From Octopus vulgaris (lineage: Eukaryota), in NCBI GenBank assembly GCA_951406725.2, contig OX597825.1:49724001-49788000 (forward strand): DNA of 64,000 nucleotides, given 5' to 3'. Positions 1 to 14,257 of this stretch are shown here, piece after piece. The number at the start of each line of letters is the position of its first letter. The first letter of the stretch is position 1. The notes beneath the pieces were generated by a model. The model did no database searches, was not told the origin of the DNA, and was given only the letters and a program-made list of their open reading frames with translations. Made by a program: the position numbers and the translations under genes.

Positions 1-670
1 GTGAGAAAATAGAAATAGTCACAGACTATATGATACATTCAACAAAATATTAAGGGATGACCCTGAGAAGGTCGTTCGACTCACTTGAAAAGAGCAGCTA
101 AAACTCAAAACCTCAAAAAAATAGTAGTAATTCTGAAATTAGAGGAAAATAAAAAACATTTATCCCCTTCAAACTTTGTACCCTGCAAGGTTTGAACATC
201 TTCACGCAATCAAATTAAATTAAATTAAATTAAATCCGTTTACGTTTGGCTTCTCTCGTCAGCAAAGTCACCAAAATAGGAGGCAGATATATATACAAAC
301 GAGGCTACACCATCTAAACCCCGGGTCTATATATCGTAAATTTTCGAATTCACCATAATCGCGCCATCTACTCCGCAGCAAATATAAGCTGCTGATACAA
401 ATTTCAGAATTAGTCAAAAATTCATTAATCAATCAATATAAGGGTAACATAAAATTCAAGAAAAATTTTCTGCCACCAGCGGTCAAGTGAGAAAATAGAA
501 ATAGTCACAGACTATATGATACATTCAACAAAATATTAAGGAATGACCCTGAGAAGGTCGTTCGACTCACTTGAAAAGAGCAGCTAAAACTCAAAACCGC
601 AAAAAAATAGTAGTAATTCTGAAACTAGAGGAAAATAAAAAAATAGTAATTCTGAAACTAGAGGAAAATA
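1..670 (+). repeat. Tandem ~486-bp repeat unit (about 1.3 copies visible); family also at 5698-6068 and 43520-44120
   Basis: 1-150 is repeated almost identically from 487. There is an extra internal ~31-bp duplication (AATAGTAATTCTGAAACTAGAGGAAAATA) near 607-670. Confidence 0.85.
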
Positions 671-739
671 TACATACATATATACGTATATATACGTATG
701 TATGCTAATGTATAAACACATATATATATATATAAGTAT

Positions 740-1836
740 CCTTAAATCCTCAAAAAATGTTTTAGCCCGAAGGCCGCGGCCATGCTGGGGCACCACCGCT
801 GAATGAGATACACTAATTTGTGAATCCACCTCTGATACGTGGCACTTGATCAACAAGGGAGTTCGATGCTGCTGCCCGCATCTGCGTCTCCTGTCGTGAG
901 GTAGGTTCATCTGGGACTCCCGAAAAGAAGAGATCCAGTTTAGTTTTAAAGAAACTCACATCCACACCATGTAAGTCTCCCAGGCATTTAGGGAGAATGT
1001 TAAAGAGCTGTGGTCCTCTGAAACCCAAGCTGTTGCAGTATCTGGACCTGTATTTTGATGGTGATGTATGTTGGAATCCTTGGCACCATGCAGTGGGGCC
1101 CCGTTCTGCGGTTGGGGTAACTTTGAATGCCAAAGTTTGGGACAAGACCCTCCAGGATTTTCCAGATGTATATCACCGCATATCTCTCCCGCCTCCGCTC
1201 TAGGGAGAAGAGGTTTGATACCTTCAGTCTTTTCCAGACGATTTTCTTTGTGTAGCTTCTCTGAATTGCTTCGAGTTCTGCTGTTAGTTTTATATTGTGT
1301 GGTGACCACAGTTGGGAGCAGTAGTCCAAGCGGCTGAGGACGAATGTTTTCCATAGGACCATCAGTGTCTCCTTCTCGTTCTGAAAGTTCGGAGAATCCA
1401 TCCATCTAGCCGTCTGCATTTTATCACCAGATTAGCAATATGCACTTGGAAAGATGCATCATTGCTCATGTCAATGCCCAGGTCACGCACTGATTTTGAC
1501 TCAGGGATTGCAATTCTTCCTGGGCCAGTGTATCCAGTCTGCACGTCGTTTACCTTTGTGTGCCAGTAGCGCAGGGCCTGGAACTTACCTGCATAAAACT
1601 GCATGTTGTTGTCTTCAGCCCACCCGTATATTGTGTCCAACTCCTGTTGCAGATGCGCAATATTTTCAGGGTTTGTATTGCGTGGGACACTTTTGTGTCA
1701 TCTGCATAGCTAGCAAGGGTGGTCACCGTAGCAACTGAAGGCATGTCTGAAAGGGCCACTATGAACATCAGTAGCCCCAAGACTGTGCCCTGTAGGACAC
1801 CGCTTGTTATTTGTGTTTCCTTGGAGGTGGCTCCAT
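740..1836 (-). mobile_element. 5'-truncated, frameshifted CR1-group LINE (RT C-terminal half plus 3' UTR)
   Basis: Overlapping minus ORFs give [54 protein letters not shown] and FKTKLDLFFSGVPDEP..SNSL. Confidence 0.9.
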
Positions 1837-1935
1837 TGCTCACATATATATTGATAAAAGGTCATCATGTCTTCATTGGTGTGTAGCATGCTACTCATTT
1901 TGGTAGGTATATTATATGCATACATGTATATATAC
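1837..1935 (+). repeat. ~100-bp near-identical copy of 5102-5200 (TLR-relic transmembrane segment) at the LINE 5' junction
   Basis: TGCTCACATATATATTGATAAAAGGTCATCATG...GCATACATGTATATA occurs at both sites; 1 mismatch seen. Confidence 0.9.
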
Positions 1936-1944
1936 ATATATATA

Positions 1945-2084
<140 letters not shown>

Positions 2085-2379
2085 GGTTTAAGTAATTGAG
2101 ATTCAAGTGAATTCTAATGAATTCACATGAATATGGTCCTTAACTAGGATGCACCGAAAATCTATATGGTGTTAACCATACGATTACAAATAGGAAAAAA
2201 GCAACAAGAATGGATTAAAATCTCTGTACTATTGTTTCGTACGAGGACATCTTTAATAAGCTACAAAAAATGCAGTAAATATAGATGGCTCGTACTCGTC
2301 AGCCGAAAAAACATCAGAGATTCCCAAACATCAAAAGGGGTAGATACAAATGAGGGTGTAAGTTTAACTGCATTGAAGA

Positions 2380-2799
2380 AAGTTCGATTCCTGGAGATCC
2401 GATGAAAGGTCTTGAACTTACAGAATTTGTGCATGTCTATATATAGTTCATAGTGAATTGTTAATCAGGTTATGTGAAGAAATTTCGGATATAGTCATGC
2501 GAAATTTCTGAGAATCCGAGTAAGAAGCAAAGTGACTGTCATATCGTGTAAAGGAACAGCTTATTATTGAAATTTACAAGAATCACAGATAAGTTCGATT
2601 CCTGGAGATCCGATAAAAAGACTTGAACTTACAAAATATGTGCATGTCCATATAGTTCATAGTGAATTATTAATCAAGTTATGTGAAGAAATTTTGGGTA
2701 CAATCGTGCGAAAATTTCAGGGAATCCGAGTGAGAAGCAAAATGACAATCTTATTCTGTAGAGGGACAGATTGTTATTGAAATTTACAAGAATCACAGA
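2380..2799. repeat. Diverged tandem duplication, ~211-bp period, inside a probable Penelope-like fragment
   Basis: AAGTTCGATTCCTGGAGATCCGAT starts at 2380 and at 2591; both units end in GAAATTTACAAGAATCACAGA. Confidence 0.8.
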
Positions 2800-3201
2800 G
2801 AGAAGAGGAAGGAAGTAGAATTTAGTCAGTTTCTGCTATTAATGCTATCAAAGAGAAGGGAACGGGAAGCTAAGGGGAGGGACACAAGTTGATACTATAA
2901 GAAAAATCTAAGCTTATTTGGTGCAAAATTCGAACTGAGGTCAACTAATTTATTTCTTTCTTTATTAATGTTACTGTTAATGATAATACTACTTTAGGTA
3001 ATAACATTAACTACAATAATGATAACATTATTTTAGATAACAGCACCAATAATATTAATAATGAAAGTAGGGCTTTAGAACCAAATGAAAATGTAAGAAT
3101 ACCAATAAATGATAATACTACTTTAGATAATAATATTAACTACAAATGTATACATATATATACATATATATACATATATATTTATTTATACATATATACA
3201 T

Positions 3202-3533
3202 AGGGAGAATTCACGAAAAAATAAAAGACGAAGACAGGTGGTGTAGAAAACAAACAGTTGTATTATTATCACGCTCGGGAACTGAAAAACTCTTTTACGT
3301 TTCGAGCCTGCGCTCTTCCATAGAATGGAACACAGAAAGAAACAAGGAGCGAAACTAGGTGAGAAAAATATGTGTGTAGTGGCTACCGACCTATCATGGC
3401 GACATTTATACCTATCCGTGGATACATATGCATATATATACATATACATATATTTAATCTACTCTCTTTTACTCTTTTACTTGTTTCAGTCATTTGACTG
3501 TGGCCATGCTTGAGCACCACCTTTAGTCGAACA

Positions 3534-3574
<41 letters not shown>

Positions 3575-3725
3575 ATATATGTGTGTGTGTGTGTGTGTGT
3601 GTATGCATACATACATATATATTCATATATATGTATTATTTATATTCTTGAGCGCCATACTAATACAATTGTTTGTTTGTATTCCACCTGCATTCGTCTT
3701 TTGTTTATTTTCATAAAGCTTCCCG
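3202..3725. mobile_element. Penelope-derived short element with inverted arms and a degenerate hammerhead fold on the minus strand
   Basis: 3202-3280 is the imperfect reverse complement of 3645-3725. The minus strand at 3290-3325 reads CTATGGA-A-GAGC-gcag-GCTC-GAAA-C-GTA. Confidence 0.6.
3460..3533 (-). mobile_element. SINE 3' tail fragment (same family as 52115-52441)
   Basis: TTTCAGTCATTTGACTGTGGCCATGCTTGAGCACC matches 52118-52160. Confidence 0.75.
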
Positions 3726-3829
3726 TTATATACATATATACATATATATGCATATACATAATCACATATATATATATATATACGTATATATTTATATGGA
3801 CGTATATATATATATATATATATATATAT

Positions 3830-5605
3830 TGATGTGAAGCTGAATAACAACTATTCTTTTGTATTAATGAACTTGTGTCGGTTTGTCACATTCTGCCCAC
3901 TTGAAAATCCTCTCCTAATTTCCGAAAATAGCTATCACATAGATTAAAAATATAGCTGCTTTGTAATCCGAACTCAATCATGGCCGTCGTCCAAATGAAG
4001 AAATCAGAAATAAAATTTTTTAAATTCAAATATCGCTATGATTGTTTAAATAGCGAAATGTTTGATGGCAAACTTAATATTTTCCCATCTTCTATTTTAG
4101 GTTCATACATATATAGTAGGTATTGTGTGGAACAGACAGCCTCTATAACATGGATATACCATTTAAGCAACTATGATAAGCCTTTGTGTATTCAGATATT
4201 ACACATTTGACTAATGCACATTTGAAACATTAAATATTAAAAACGTCCTTTGATTTGGAAGAGTGCACGTCCGACAACTTTGTAGTTTTATTCAATTTCA
4301 AAAACCATTTCTCTTTAAACATGAAAGCAACATTAAAAGAAAAGTATCTTTTATAAATAAAATTTTAAACCAGTCTATTAACTCTCATTTAATTCATAAA
4401 TACATTTGTATTGTTGGTTAAGCATTACAGAAAAATGTATCTGTAGAGAACTTTGGTGAGATGTAATAACATGAATATAACTAGATAAACTTTACGGTGT
4501 GTTGAGAAAAAAGAGATGTTATTTCCTCTCCTCCTTATACTAAATGATCGAATTAAAATGGCTTTCACATTCTTCATAATTTCTTAGGTTTATTTCCTTC
4601 AAACACATTATACGTATTTGCTTTTATACTCAAATATACTTCTAGTAGGAATTGATACAATCTACTTAAGCGAATAAGTGATATAAGGCATCAAATATGC
4701 ACAAAAAAACACTGAACTAAAATTTAAAGATTATAGTAAGAAATCCTACACTGCAATTCTATTAAGAACAATAAAATTAATTTCCTCCAACTGTGATGTG
4801 TAACGGCTTCAACAGATTGTCGTCGCTTTATACGATAACCTGTTTGGGGCTGAATAAAAATAAACGTACATTGTGCATTACTTCAATAACTCTTTCAGAC
4901 TTAGGTATGACAAAGATAGATGCCAAAATATTCAATAGACAATCACTGTAATATTGCTTCTATTACTATTATACTAGTGAATATCATATAATTGACAGTA
5001 CACAGTGGTTAATTATCAAGTTTGTTGCGCTTGTTATTTTCTATATAATAATTTGTAATTAAGTAAACAATACCGAACTTACAAGTTTCGTGGTAGACAT
5101 ATGCTCACATATATATTGATAAAAGGTCATCATGGCTTCATTGGTGTGTAGCATGCTACTCATTTTGGTAGGTATATTATATGCATACATGTATATATAT
5201 ATATATATATATAGTCACATTTGCAAAGAAAGCTTTTTGTTTTACCTTTTGTATTAAAATATGAAGAATATATATCAATCTATCAAAATCTCCTTTTAAA
5301 GGGCTTGAGGATATGGTTAATGTATGGAAAAGGTTTAGAAAGGCGCACTTTTTGGTTTTACTGAATTGTTTCGTGAGACAGTAATCACAGAATTAATATT
5401 TTTGTCGCAAATATATATTACACCATTATATTCCTGGTATTAATATGTTGTAGAGTACCAAAGAGTGTATAACTTGCACATGATATAAGAAGGAAGATCT
5501 AAGATAATATTACTCTTTGGGAATACCTTCACATTGAATTAATAATGCCTTCATTACAAAAGATACGAATTCACATCAAGAATTTTTACAAGCTAATACA
5601 AAAGC
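3830..5605 (+). pseudogene. Decayed Toll-like receptor A (LRRs, LRRCT, TM, TIR)
   Basis: One frame over 4982-5192 reads [63 protein letters not shown] (LRRCT + TM). LRR-like HLKILS* at ~3898. TIR-like KYILHHYIPGINML*STKECI at ~5409. Confidence 0.7.
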
Positions 5606-5646
5606 CAGTGTGTGTGTGTGTGTGTACATATACGTATGTATATGTA

Positions 5647-5688
<42 letters not shown>

Positions 5689-5697
5689 CAAACATAT

Positions 5698-6068
5698 AAG
5701 GGATGGCTAATAGGACATCCGACTCACTAGAAAGAGCAGCTACACTCCAAACCACTAATAGTTGTAATTCTGAAATGGAAAGAGAAATAAAAACGTTTAC
5801 CCTCTCCTTTCTGGACTATGCATAGTTTCGGCAATCTTTTGTAACTAAAATAAATTTATTTACATCTGGTGTTGCCTCTTCAGCAGAAAGCCAAGGACTA
5901 CGATATAGTCACGAGGCGATAATAACCATGCCTCGAGTCTATATGCTATAACTTTTCAAAATCCACCACACTCGCGCGGTTTTCTCAGCAGTAAATATAA
6001 ACTGCCGATTTATTTCAAAATTAGCCCAAAAATCATTAATTAATAAATTTTAGGGTAGCAAAAAATTT
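5698..6068 (+). repeat. Diverged copy of the 486-bp repeat family
   Basis: GACTCACTAGAAAGAGCAGCTA, GTAATTCTGAAA, GCAGTAAATATAA and AAAAATCATTAAT are collinear with 52-460. Confidence 0.75.
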
Positions 6069-6117
6069 ATTAATATGTATATATATATATATATGCATAC
6101 ATATACATACGTATATG

Positions 6118-6120
<3 letters not shown>

Positions 6121-6192
<72 letters not shown>
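6121..6192. repeat. (AG)n microsatellite
   Basis: Read directly from the sequence. Confidence 0.97.
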
Positions 6193-6197
<5 letters not shown>

Positions 6198-6359
6198 CAA
6201 ACATATATATATATAATGGAGAAATTATGCAAAAGTTGTACGTAGGTGATGAATAAAGCACCAGCAGTTTCGATTACCTGTTATCCGTAGATTTCTTGCA
6301 AGAACTACGTAGTGGCGGTTTGGGTAAAAGTATTAATAAAATAGATGGAATTTTATTTT

Positions 6360-6401
6360 GGACGACACATATTTCGACCCGTTCTAGGTATCGTCGGGTA
6401 C
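6360..6401 (-). ncRNA. Minimal PLE-type hammerhead ribozyme relic
   Basis: Minus strand reads GTAC-CCGACGA-T-ACC(tagaacg)GGT-C-GAAA-T-atgt-GTC-GTCC. Confidence 0.55.
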
Positions 6402-6771
6402 ATAAATAATAATAAAAATTAAAATTCACCTTAGGGATTTTCTGATGAGGTTTTACGTAGAGCTGTATGCCCATCAACTTTATATAACTCTTTTAAAATC
6501 CTGTAATAGTTTCATCAACAAACTGTCGAAACAGATAAGATATATATATATATATATATATCAAAATGTAACCGCATGTGAATCGTTGGCGATTTTCTTC
6601 CTCCGTCTTCTCTTCTATTGGACTTTCCTCTGTTTCCAATGAAACGTTAAGCCGCCTTTCTTTCCTTCCTTGAGCGTCTGCTAATACTTTACATGTACCA
6701 CGTCCTCGCGTTGTTGTTGTTTGTGTTTGTTCTTTTTGGGATTTACTATATATATGTGTAGGAGGGGGAGA

Positions 6772-7131
6772 GGAGGTGCAATGGCCTAGTAATTGGGGCA
6801 ACGTACTCGCGGTCATAAGACCGTGGCTTCGATTACCCGAGCGGGCGTTGTGAGTGCGTATTGAGCGAAAACACCTAAAGCTCCACGACGCTCCTGCGAG
6901 GTGGGGCAACCCTACTGTATTCTTTTACCACAAATATTTCTCGCTCTTTCTTCCTGTTTCTGTTGTACGTTGTCCGTCTTGTCACACTGTGTCACGCTGA
7001 ATCACCATGAGAACTACGTTAGGGTACTCGTGTCTGTAGAATGCTTAGCCACTTGCACGTTAATTTCACAAGCAAGCTGTTCCATTGATCGGTTCAACTA
7101 GATGCCTCGTCGTCGTAACCGACGGAGTGCC

Positions 7132-7133
<2 letters not shown>
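6772..7133 (+). mobile_element. tRNA-derived SINE family B
   Basis: GGAGGTGCAATGGCC head with A/B-box-like motifs; homologous end to end with 41957-42322. Confidence 0.85.
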
Positions 7134-7178
<45 letters not shown>

Positions 7179-7189
7179 CAAAGCTTGCG

Positions 7190-7900
7190 ATTGCTCATAG
7201 ATTATGTATTGGCCAATATGTATTTGTTACTTGCAAATATAATAACGAAGGATTTGTATTTGTGAAATAAAGCCAGATTCTTATGCTATTTTCCAAAAAA
7301 AGCCATTAATATTGCGAAATAATTTGCAGATTCAGCATCACGATAATTTGACAACATTACTTTTCTATTTTAATTCACATGTAATTTAGAATTTTTACTC
7401 CTGTTTTTTAAAATTGTTTTGTATAATACTTTATTTTAATAATTCTAGAATTGCTGTTCTGAGAATGCTCTTAAATTGCTAACGACGCTAAGCGTGTATA
7501 ATATAGTGTAACTAGAAAAATATACCTATCCGTACATTATACAGGAAATGTGTGCAAAAATGAAAGGATAAGAAGACAAATAATAAAGGCATACTCATAT
7601 GGGTAGTTTGTCACGTTAACATTTGCATTTAAATAGCTTTTACTTCAATTTGAACTTTTTAAAAATTGTAATGAATTATTAAAGTTTTCAGCTTGAATTA
7701 TTTAGAAAACTGACTGGCTATTGAAATTTTATACGTTGCGATATTTACACATCCGTATTTTTATGAGCAAGTTTTGTTCTTTATATGCAATGTCTTTTTC
7801 GTCATTTTCATAGAAATATGCAACTACCAGAAAATAGCCTGTCAAACATTTCATTTTTTAACACATCACTATCTTTTTGAGGAAAGCGTAAATTAAGCAA
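7190..7900 (+). pseudogene. Possible LRR (TLR ectodomain) remnant
   Basis: Broken translations NLEFLLL, ALKLLTTLSVYN...YTYP and GSLSR*HLHLNS; low specificity in AT-rich DNA. Confidence 0.35.
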
Positions 7901-8129
7901 CAAGCAATATACATCGGACAAAATTGTTCGTCTTTACGTTCACAGTTTAAATTGTGCTGAGGTTTTATCCTTTCGGGGTTGATACAAGATATGCAATTGG
8001 ATCGATGTAATCAACTTAATCATCCACCAAATACTTTCAAGCCTTGTGTCTATATTATTATTATTATCATCATCATCATCATCATCATCATCATTATTAT
8101 TATTATTATTAGTAGTAGTAGTAGTAGTG

Positions 8130-8170
<41 letters not shown>

Positions 8171-8269
8171 ATTATTATTATTATTATTGTTGTTGCCGTT
8201 GTCATAATTTACCGATAGAATTGCATTTTATTTCATCATCTGATCGAATCTCAATGGATGGAAAGAAAC

Positions 8270-8690
8270 TTCATGTGAATGTAGGCGGTTGATATCAACG
8301 CAAATATTTGAGTCTCAGATTATTGGTTTCTCAGGGATCTGGTAAAAAAATTGTCAGTACTTTTCTTGATCATTCACAGGGCATCTACAGCAACAAGGAT
8401 GCTTTTGGTTTTTAATTGGCACATCCTAGATATCCCAATCTCAAGATCCTTATATTTTGACAGTTATTCAAATTCCTTTACTAACATGTTTTTAGCAGTA
8501 GAAACTGTCATATAAATTAACAGGCATGTTTTTTATTTTAGATCTGTGATTACGATGTTAGCATTTATTTGCCTATCTGTATGACGTCCATAATCCCATT
8601 GGTATTTTCTCCTACAGGTTCAGCTGCCCTTTATAAAGTCTCGTTTTTCTTCCTCGGAGTCTCCGACTACCGCCCTCATCACCAAGCACA
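8270..8690 (-). mobile_element. R4/Dong-type LINE 3' fragment
   Basis: Minus strand gives a KYKDLEI-like RLE tail; adjoins an (ATT/ATC)n tract at 8052-8190. Confidence 0.6.
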
Positions 8691-8739
8691 TTCAATGTGT
8701 TTGCCGGTTCAGTCGTCGACAACCAGACCATCGTAGTAT

Positions 8740-11672
8740 TAGTAACAGTAACAATAGCGGTAGCAGTGACAACAGCAACAGCAGCAACAGTGACAGCAAC
8801 AGCAGCAGTAGTAGTAGCAGTAGCAACAATAACAAAGAGACAGCAACAGTAGCAGCAGCGATGGCAACAAGAGTAACAACAATAGCAAAAGTGACAGCAG
8901 CAACATCAACAAAACCAACACCAACAACATCGAAAACAACAACAACGGCAGCAGCAGTAGCAACAACGACAACAGCAGCAGCAAAATTAACATCAACGAG
9001 AACATTACCAACAACAAAAGCACGTTCGCGGCAGCAGCAACGCAAAAGAAGCAACACTTCACACATAGAGATGAAATGTTGATCCAGGCATGGAAACTGA
9101 TTAAACAAGAACAAACTTGGGACAACACAACTGTTTCCCTCAGCGGCAATTGAAGCGGGAGCGAAAGGAACGATGCTTTTCAAATGCATCTCAGCAGAGA
9201 TGAAAAGAACGGCTTTAATAGACCAAGTAGATATTGAAGCACGCTGAGGTGCATCACAAATGACACCGAGTAAATAGCGAGGGGCACACAATACAGTATC
9301 ATTTTGGTGCTGTATAAATCAGAAGCCCTCACTATGAAATATTCAATAACCGCTTGCAAAACCAGAAAATTCATTATGTACCCCTTCCACATGGGGAAAT
9401 ATACTGCACGTGTCCACATTCTTAAGATCCCACCAACCTTGATACGTGGTATCTTCTGTTATGTGTAATTGTGGAAGGGACGGATACTGTCCCAATAGAG
9501 CTGACAAGAACAGCCAGGGAGGACTGGTCCGGTGTTGACGTGGAGATATTTCTCCAGGTCAGGCCCGAAGACGTAAAAATAATTCCGGACTGCATCCGTC
9601 TCAGAACCGGATGGTGACTGAGGGCAAATTACAGTATTGTTTCGCTTGTGGAAAAACTACTCATTTGCGAGTTTTCTGCCCTAACTAGTATACAGTGCAA
9701 GGAGTCAAATGACTTCACTGTTTCCTACGCCGATACGAAGACCACAACCAACACCAGCACTGGCAAAATCAACAGCAATAACAAAATAAACACCAAAGAC
9801 ATTAACCACTCTAATGGGAAACGAGAACAACTACTCTCCCCCCCGCTCACACCAGACGAAAATACACATATAAGCAAGAATATAAACATTCACACAGGCA
9901 CAGACACACACACTTACAGCAACAGACTCCTCATATTCCTGTAGTGAAGATGAAGGAAAACAAAAATGCCTAAAAAAACAAAAATGAAAGCACAAAAGAT
10001 AAACACTCTAATCATAACAACACCCACAATAAAAGATACGAACACTATCCACTATAAACATCTCCCCAAAAGCACCAACGCCAGCACTATAACTATCACT
10101 AGAATCCCCCAAACGCAAACTACATAAACTGACACAAAAACAAACACTCACAGAAAAGCTCATCTAAAACTGCATACACCATACTCACAGCACACACAGA
10201 CACGACAGAAGCAACAACGAGACTATCACCACTACAGTCAAACAAGCAAATTAAACACCGCCAATGCAAAACACCCAACCTCGTAATCATCAAGGGGGAA
10301 TTGATGGTTGAATTTGAAGCAAGGGCACCGATTTTCGAACCAGGCACATTTCGTGTACCAGAAGATTCCTACACAAAAATTTGAGAGATTTTTTCCTGGG
10401 GACGTGGGACCCGTGAATGTGAGACTCACATCAAGACTTTTAATGGGGTATCGTTCCCCAATAACCACCCGACCATCACAGGACACCGGGAGGTAAGTAA
10501 ACCTTTCCCTTCTTCCTTTCGCTTGCCGACATGTTCATATTAAGAGTAGAAATTTTAATTGTTCGCGGTTTGTGATCACTCTGGAAGCAAGGGCGCCTGC
10601 TCAACTACTTCATGTATTTAGAATTGAATGCAATTGCTGTCAGCGAGTCCAGGATTTCCAATACATGCCCAGTGGCTCCCATTTTCGACGATTATCATAT
10701 CTTTGCATTTGTGAGTCGGCCGGGAAAAGAAGGTGGAGCGGCAGTGATGTTTTGAAAAAGAACTGGATTTTGATGTAAGGTCGATCTTCCGGGACCTGGA
10801 TGGGAATTTGGTGCTCCTAAACTCGACCAATAGTGAAGGTGGTGTCTTTAGACTGGTGACCATCTTCTCGCCTACCGAGCCCAAACGGCCGGATTTATTT
10901 AGGCGTCTGGAATCCTTTCTAGGTACTTCACGCCGTTTACTGTTAGCGGGAGACTGGAATGGAATCTTACACCAACGCTGAGATTGTGTGGGAATAGCTG
11001 ATAGAAGAATAAGGTGCAAAAGCCTCAAGCACCTGATCAGCCATTTCCAATTGTCTGACAGATAGTGACTAGATTTTCCTAATGCGCCAGTGTGTACCGC
11101 TTAGGGTCATCTAGATTGTATAGAGATAGAATTTTCACTAGGAAAATAGTAATAGTGTAGCATCTCCACTTTTTAAAACAGTCGCTTATTAAGATCATAA
11201 GTTTGTAATCTGTACGGTCGACCTAGAAAAGACACATAGATTAGGACCAGGGTACTGGAAGCTAAACATGTCGTTTCAGGCATGTAAGACTTACAGGGAC
11301 CGGGTCAACAATTTGGAGAAGCAGAACAGGCGGTGGGTGGCTCTCAAAAAAGAGATAGTTATAATGATAGGGTTTAGCAAAGAATTAGCGGTAGAAAAAT
11401 AGAAAGGAGGGATTAGTAGCTAAACTAGACGAGGGTAAGAAGGGTGCCCTTCCCAGATGCCCTCGAAGCGTCGGGTGGTTCAGGATTAGCGCACTACCTT
11501 AGCCAACCCCAGGCGGTTACCCCACCTATTTGGTAATATTCATTGTTATATTCTTCTTGTTTGATATTATTGCTATTGTTTCAATTGTGCACTCGTTGTT
11601 TTGTGTAAAATCCACTCTGCCCACATATACTGTAATGTCCCCTATAAGTTAACTCTGGTGTGCAATAAACGA
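8740..11672 (+). mobile_element. L1/Tx1-type LINE: decayed ORF1, APE endonuclease and 3' UTR, with RT missing
   Basis: ORF1-like FIMYPFHMGKYTARVHILKIPP. ORF2 ATG at 10531 (VRGL*SLWKQG; LLAGDWNG; GPGYWKLN). AATAAA precedes an (AAT)n tail. Confidence 0.75.
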
Positions 11673-11710
<38 letters not shown>

Positions 11711-11727
11711 TAATAATAATAATAATA

Positions 11728-11783
<56 letters not shown>

Positions 11784-11857
11784 CTTCATCATCATCATCA
11801 CCATCGTCGTCATCGTCGTCATCGTCAGCATCATCATTATCATTATCATCATCATCA
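11673..11857. repeat. (AAT)n switching to (ATT)n/(ATC)n; self-complementary tract
   Basis: Read directly from the sequence; orientation switch near 11728. Confidence 0.95.
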
Positions 11858-12159
11858 GTATCGAGTTTATTTCGCTCTGAATGATTAGTAGTACTTTTTG
11901 TGGGAAACATTAAGAATACCTGTTTTGCATTGATGATGAGAGCATTCACCAAGTTTTCCCAAGAGGGCAGAACTGTAATTGTATTTTTACTTGTCTAATT
12001 TTCTTTTCATTCTAAATTATGGCGGCATTAATGACAACGTAATGACGAAGTATGAAGAAGGACTCACATCGCTACAGCTTTATTAGAGAGCAGGGACAGG
12101 ACAAGAAGAACAACAACAAAAACAGCAGCTAAGAGCAACAATAGCAAAAAATAAATTAC

Positions 12160-14215
12160 AGCAATACTTGTGGAGAGGAGGCGAAAAATACTATGATTAC
12201 ATTTCAAAGTCCACCTCACACACCGGTGGAAAAATGCAGCAGCAGCAAGAACAACTAATAAAACATAACACCAGAAGCTACAATAACACAAACACCCCAG
12301 CAGCAATAGCAGCAGCGAAAGCAGCAGTGACAAAAACAGCATCAGTAACAACGACAGCAGTAACAACGGTGGTAATAACAGCGGCAAACTACAACATTAA
12401 CAAGAATAATGAAGACTAGAGAGAAATTTATGGAGCAGATACTCGATTGCTGGAATGGCAGCAAAATCAACGCAAATTTCTAAACACTCATTAAAGTGAT
12501 AAAGAAACAAAACTCAGAGGCTAAACAGCTTGCGAAATTAAATGCAGGGAGAGCAAAAGTTGCTGTTCCAGGTGAGATCTAGGCAGCAAGTACCAGATCT
12601 GTTATCGCAATGTGTTGGTGACAGAGTCCCAGATGGAAAATATCCTGAAATATATATTGGCGGACATAGATTTTGTGTCGAAAGTGAGACAGTTTGGGAT
12701 TATGGATGTCCTCTTCACGATCGAAGCTCTCGCGCTAAAGTCCCCCATAGAGTCCATGCATGAAAGGAATTTCATATTTTACGCAACCTATTTAGAGAAA
12801 AGACCCTATCACGTTAAGATAGAAAGAGTTCTACTCATACTTAGCACATTGTAGTTGTTATCGTGTGTCACTCTGGACGTCAATGAAACTCTACCGGAAT
12901 TGAAACGAGAGTAGAGGTTGTTTTGGTCTGGAACTACAGCAGACATTCTCCACCAGATCAAACCAGAGTAGGTGAAATAGATCTCAGGCCTAATTCACTT
13001 GCCCAACAGAGTCGCTTATGCGGTGCAAAAGGCTACTTCAAAATTTTCTGACCTCAGCAAAAAAAAATGAATAAACAGGTGATAGGAACCCCTCACCACT
13101 ACTGACGACACCACAATCTCACTTTTTACGGCGGCATATACGAGTAGTAGGAAGGAGGAAAGAAGCAATAGAAACGAGAACAACAGCATTAGTAGCAACA
13201 CAAATAACACTAGCAATAGCAAGACCAGCATCAGCTACAAGATACACAACAAAAACCAGGAACTAAGAAAAGTATTCGGCCCAAGTCTCCAGATGCTACT
13301 CCCTCTCCTTCCCATCCTCTTTCAAACACACACATACATAAACATATGCTGAAACATATCTCTTTCACTACCCCCGTCCTCATCAGATTATTCCGACGAG
13401 AAAGTATCTTGATGCAAGCAAGTAAAACCTTACAAATCAAAAGGATAACGCAAGAAAAGCATCACACAATCGCAGCAGCTGAATCAGAACCACAGCTTCA
13501 CTAAACAGACATAAACCGCAGAAACAACTAAAGCACTACCACAAAGGACAACCTCAACCTCAACTTCAACACAGAGCAAATACACATTGAAACAATATTG
13601 ACAGGCACACATACACAAAAATACCAACGAAATACATATTGTACCAAGAAGTACAAACAATTTGCGCTAACCGCACACTTTGCACTAATGAGAAATTCAT
13701 ACAATATCAAAAACGATGGAGAACATAGAAGCAGAAGAAAAGGTTTTCAGGTCTTGGACTTTTAAAGTGCCACATAACTTGAAAATAATAAGTTTAGACT
13801 TGGAGACATTAATTTATTGAGAGAGAATTTTATCTAGGTCATGGTAAGTCAGCAATTAAGTACAAGTTGTAGGCTCCTCAAGGAAAACCAAAACTTCATG
13901 GAGACCGAGTACCGGTCTCTGAAGCCACCACATTGGTAGGTAATGCGTTTCCTTTTCTTCTCTTTACTTTTCAACCAACATAATGATATTAACACTGGAT
14001 AGCCTACATGCACGTAACCCGGTGTCAGCCTAGGAGCACAAACGCATAGTAAATTAACTGAGTTCACTGGATTCGGTTGTGATAGCCGTCAGCGCGACCA
14101 AAAGTTTAGATAACACACTTTGGGTAATTTTGAGATCTCCACATTTCTTACTCGATCAAAAAGGGGTGCAGTGCGACGAAGCTGTTCCAGAAACATGATT
14201 GTCTAAAGAATCCCA
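12160..14215 (+). mobile_element. L1/Tx1-type LINE 5' part: ORF1 with degenerate zinc knuckle and start of APE
   Basis: LCGAKGYFKIF*P at ~13015, Thr/Gln-rich linker, and ORF2 start at 13983 homologous to 10531 and 16869. Confidence 0.6.
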
Positions 14216-14257
14216 CGTTGTTATTGTTGTTGTTGTTGCTGCTGATGTTGCTAATAT

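Noticed and set aside
2120-2175. Possible hammerhead relic ATGAATA-T-GGT..ACC-GAAA
   Set aside because: The core and stem I are too degenerate to support a call.
6772-6845. tRNA genes at SINE heads
   Set aside because: No complete cloverleaf; they continue into SINE bodies, several with TSDs.
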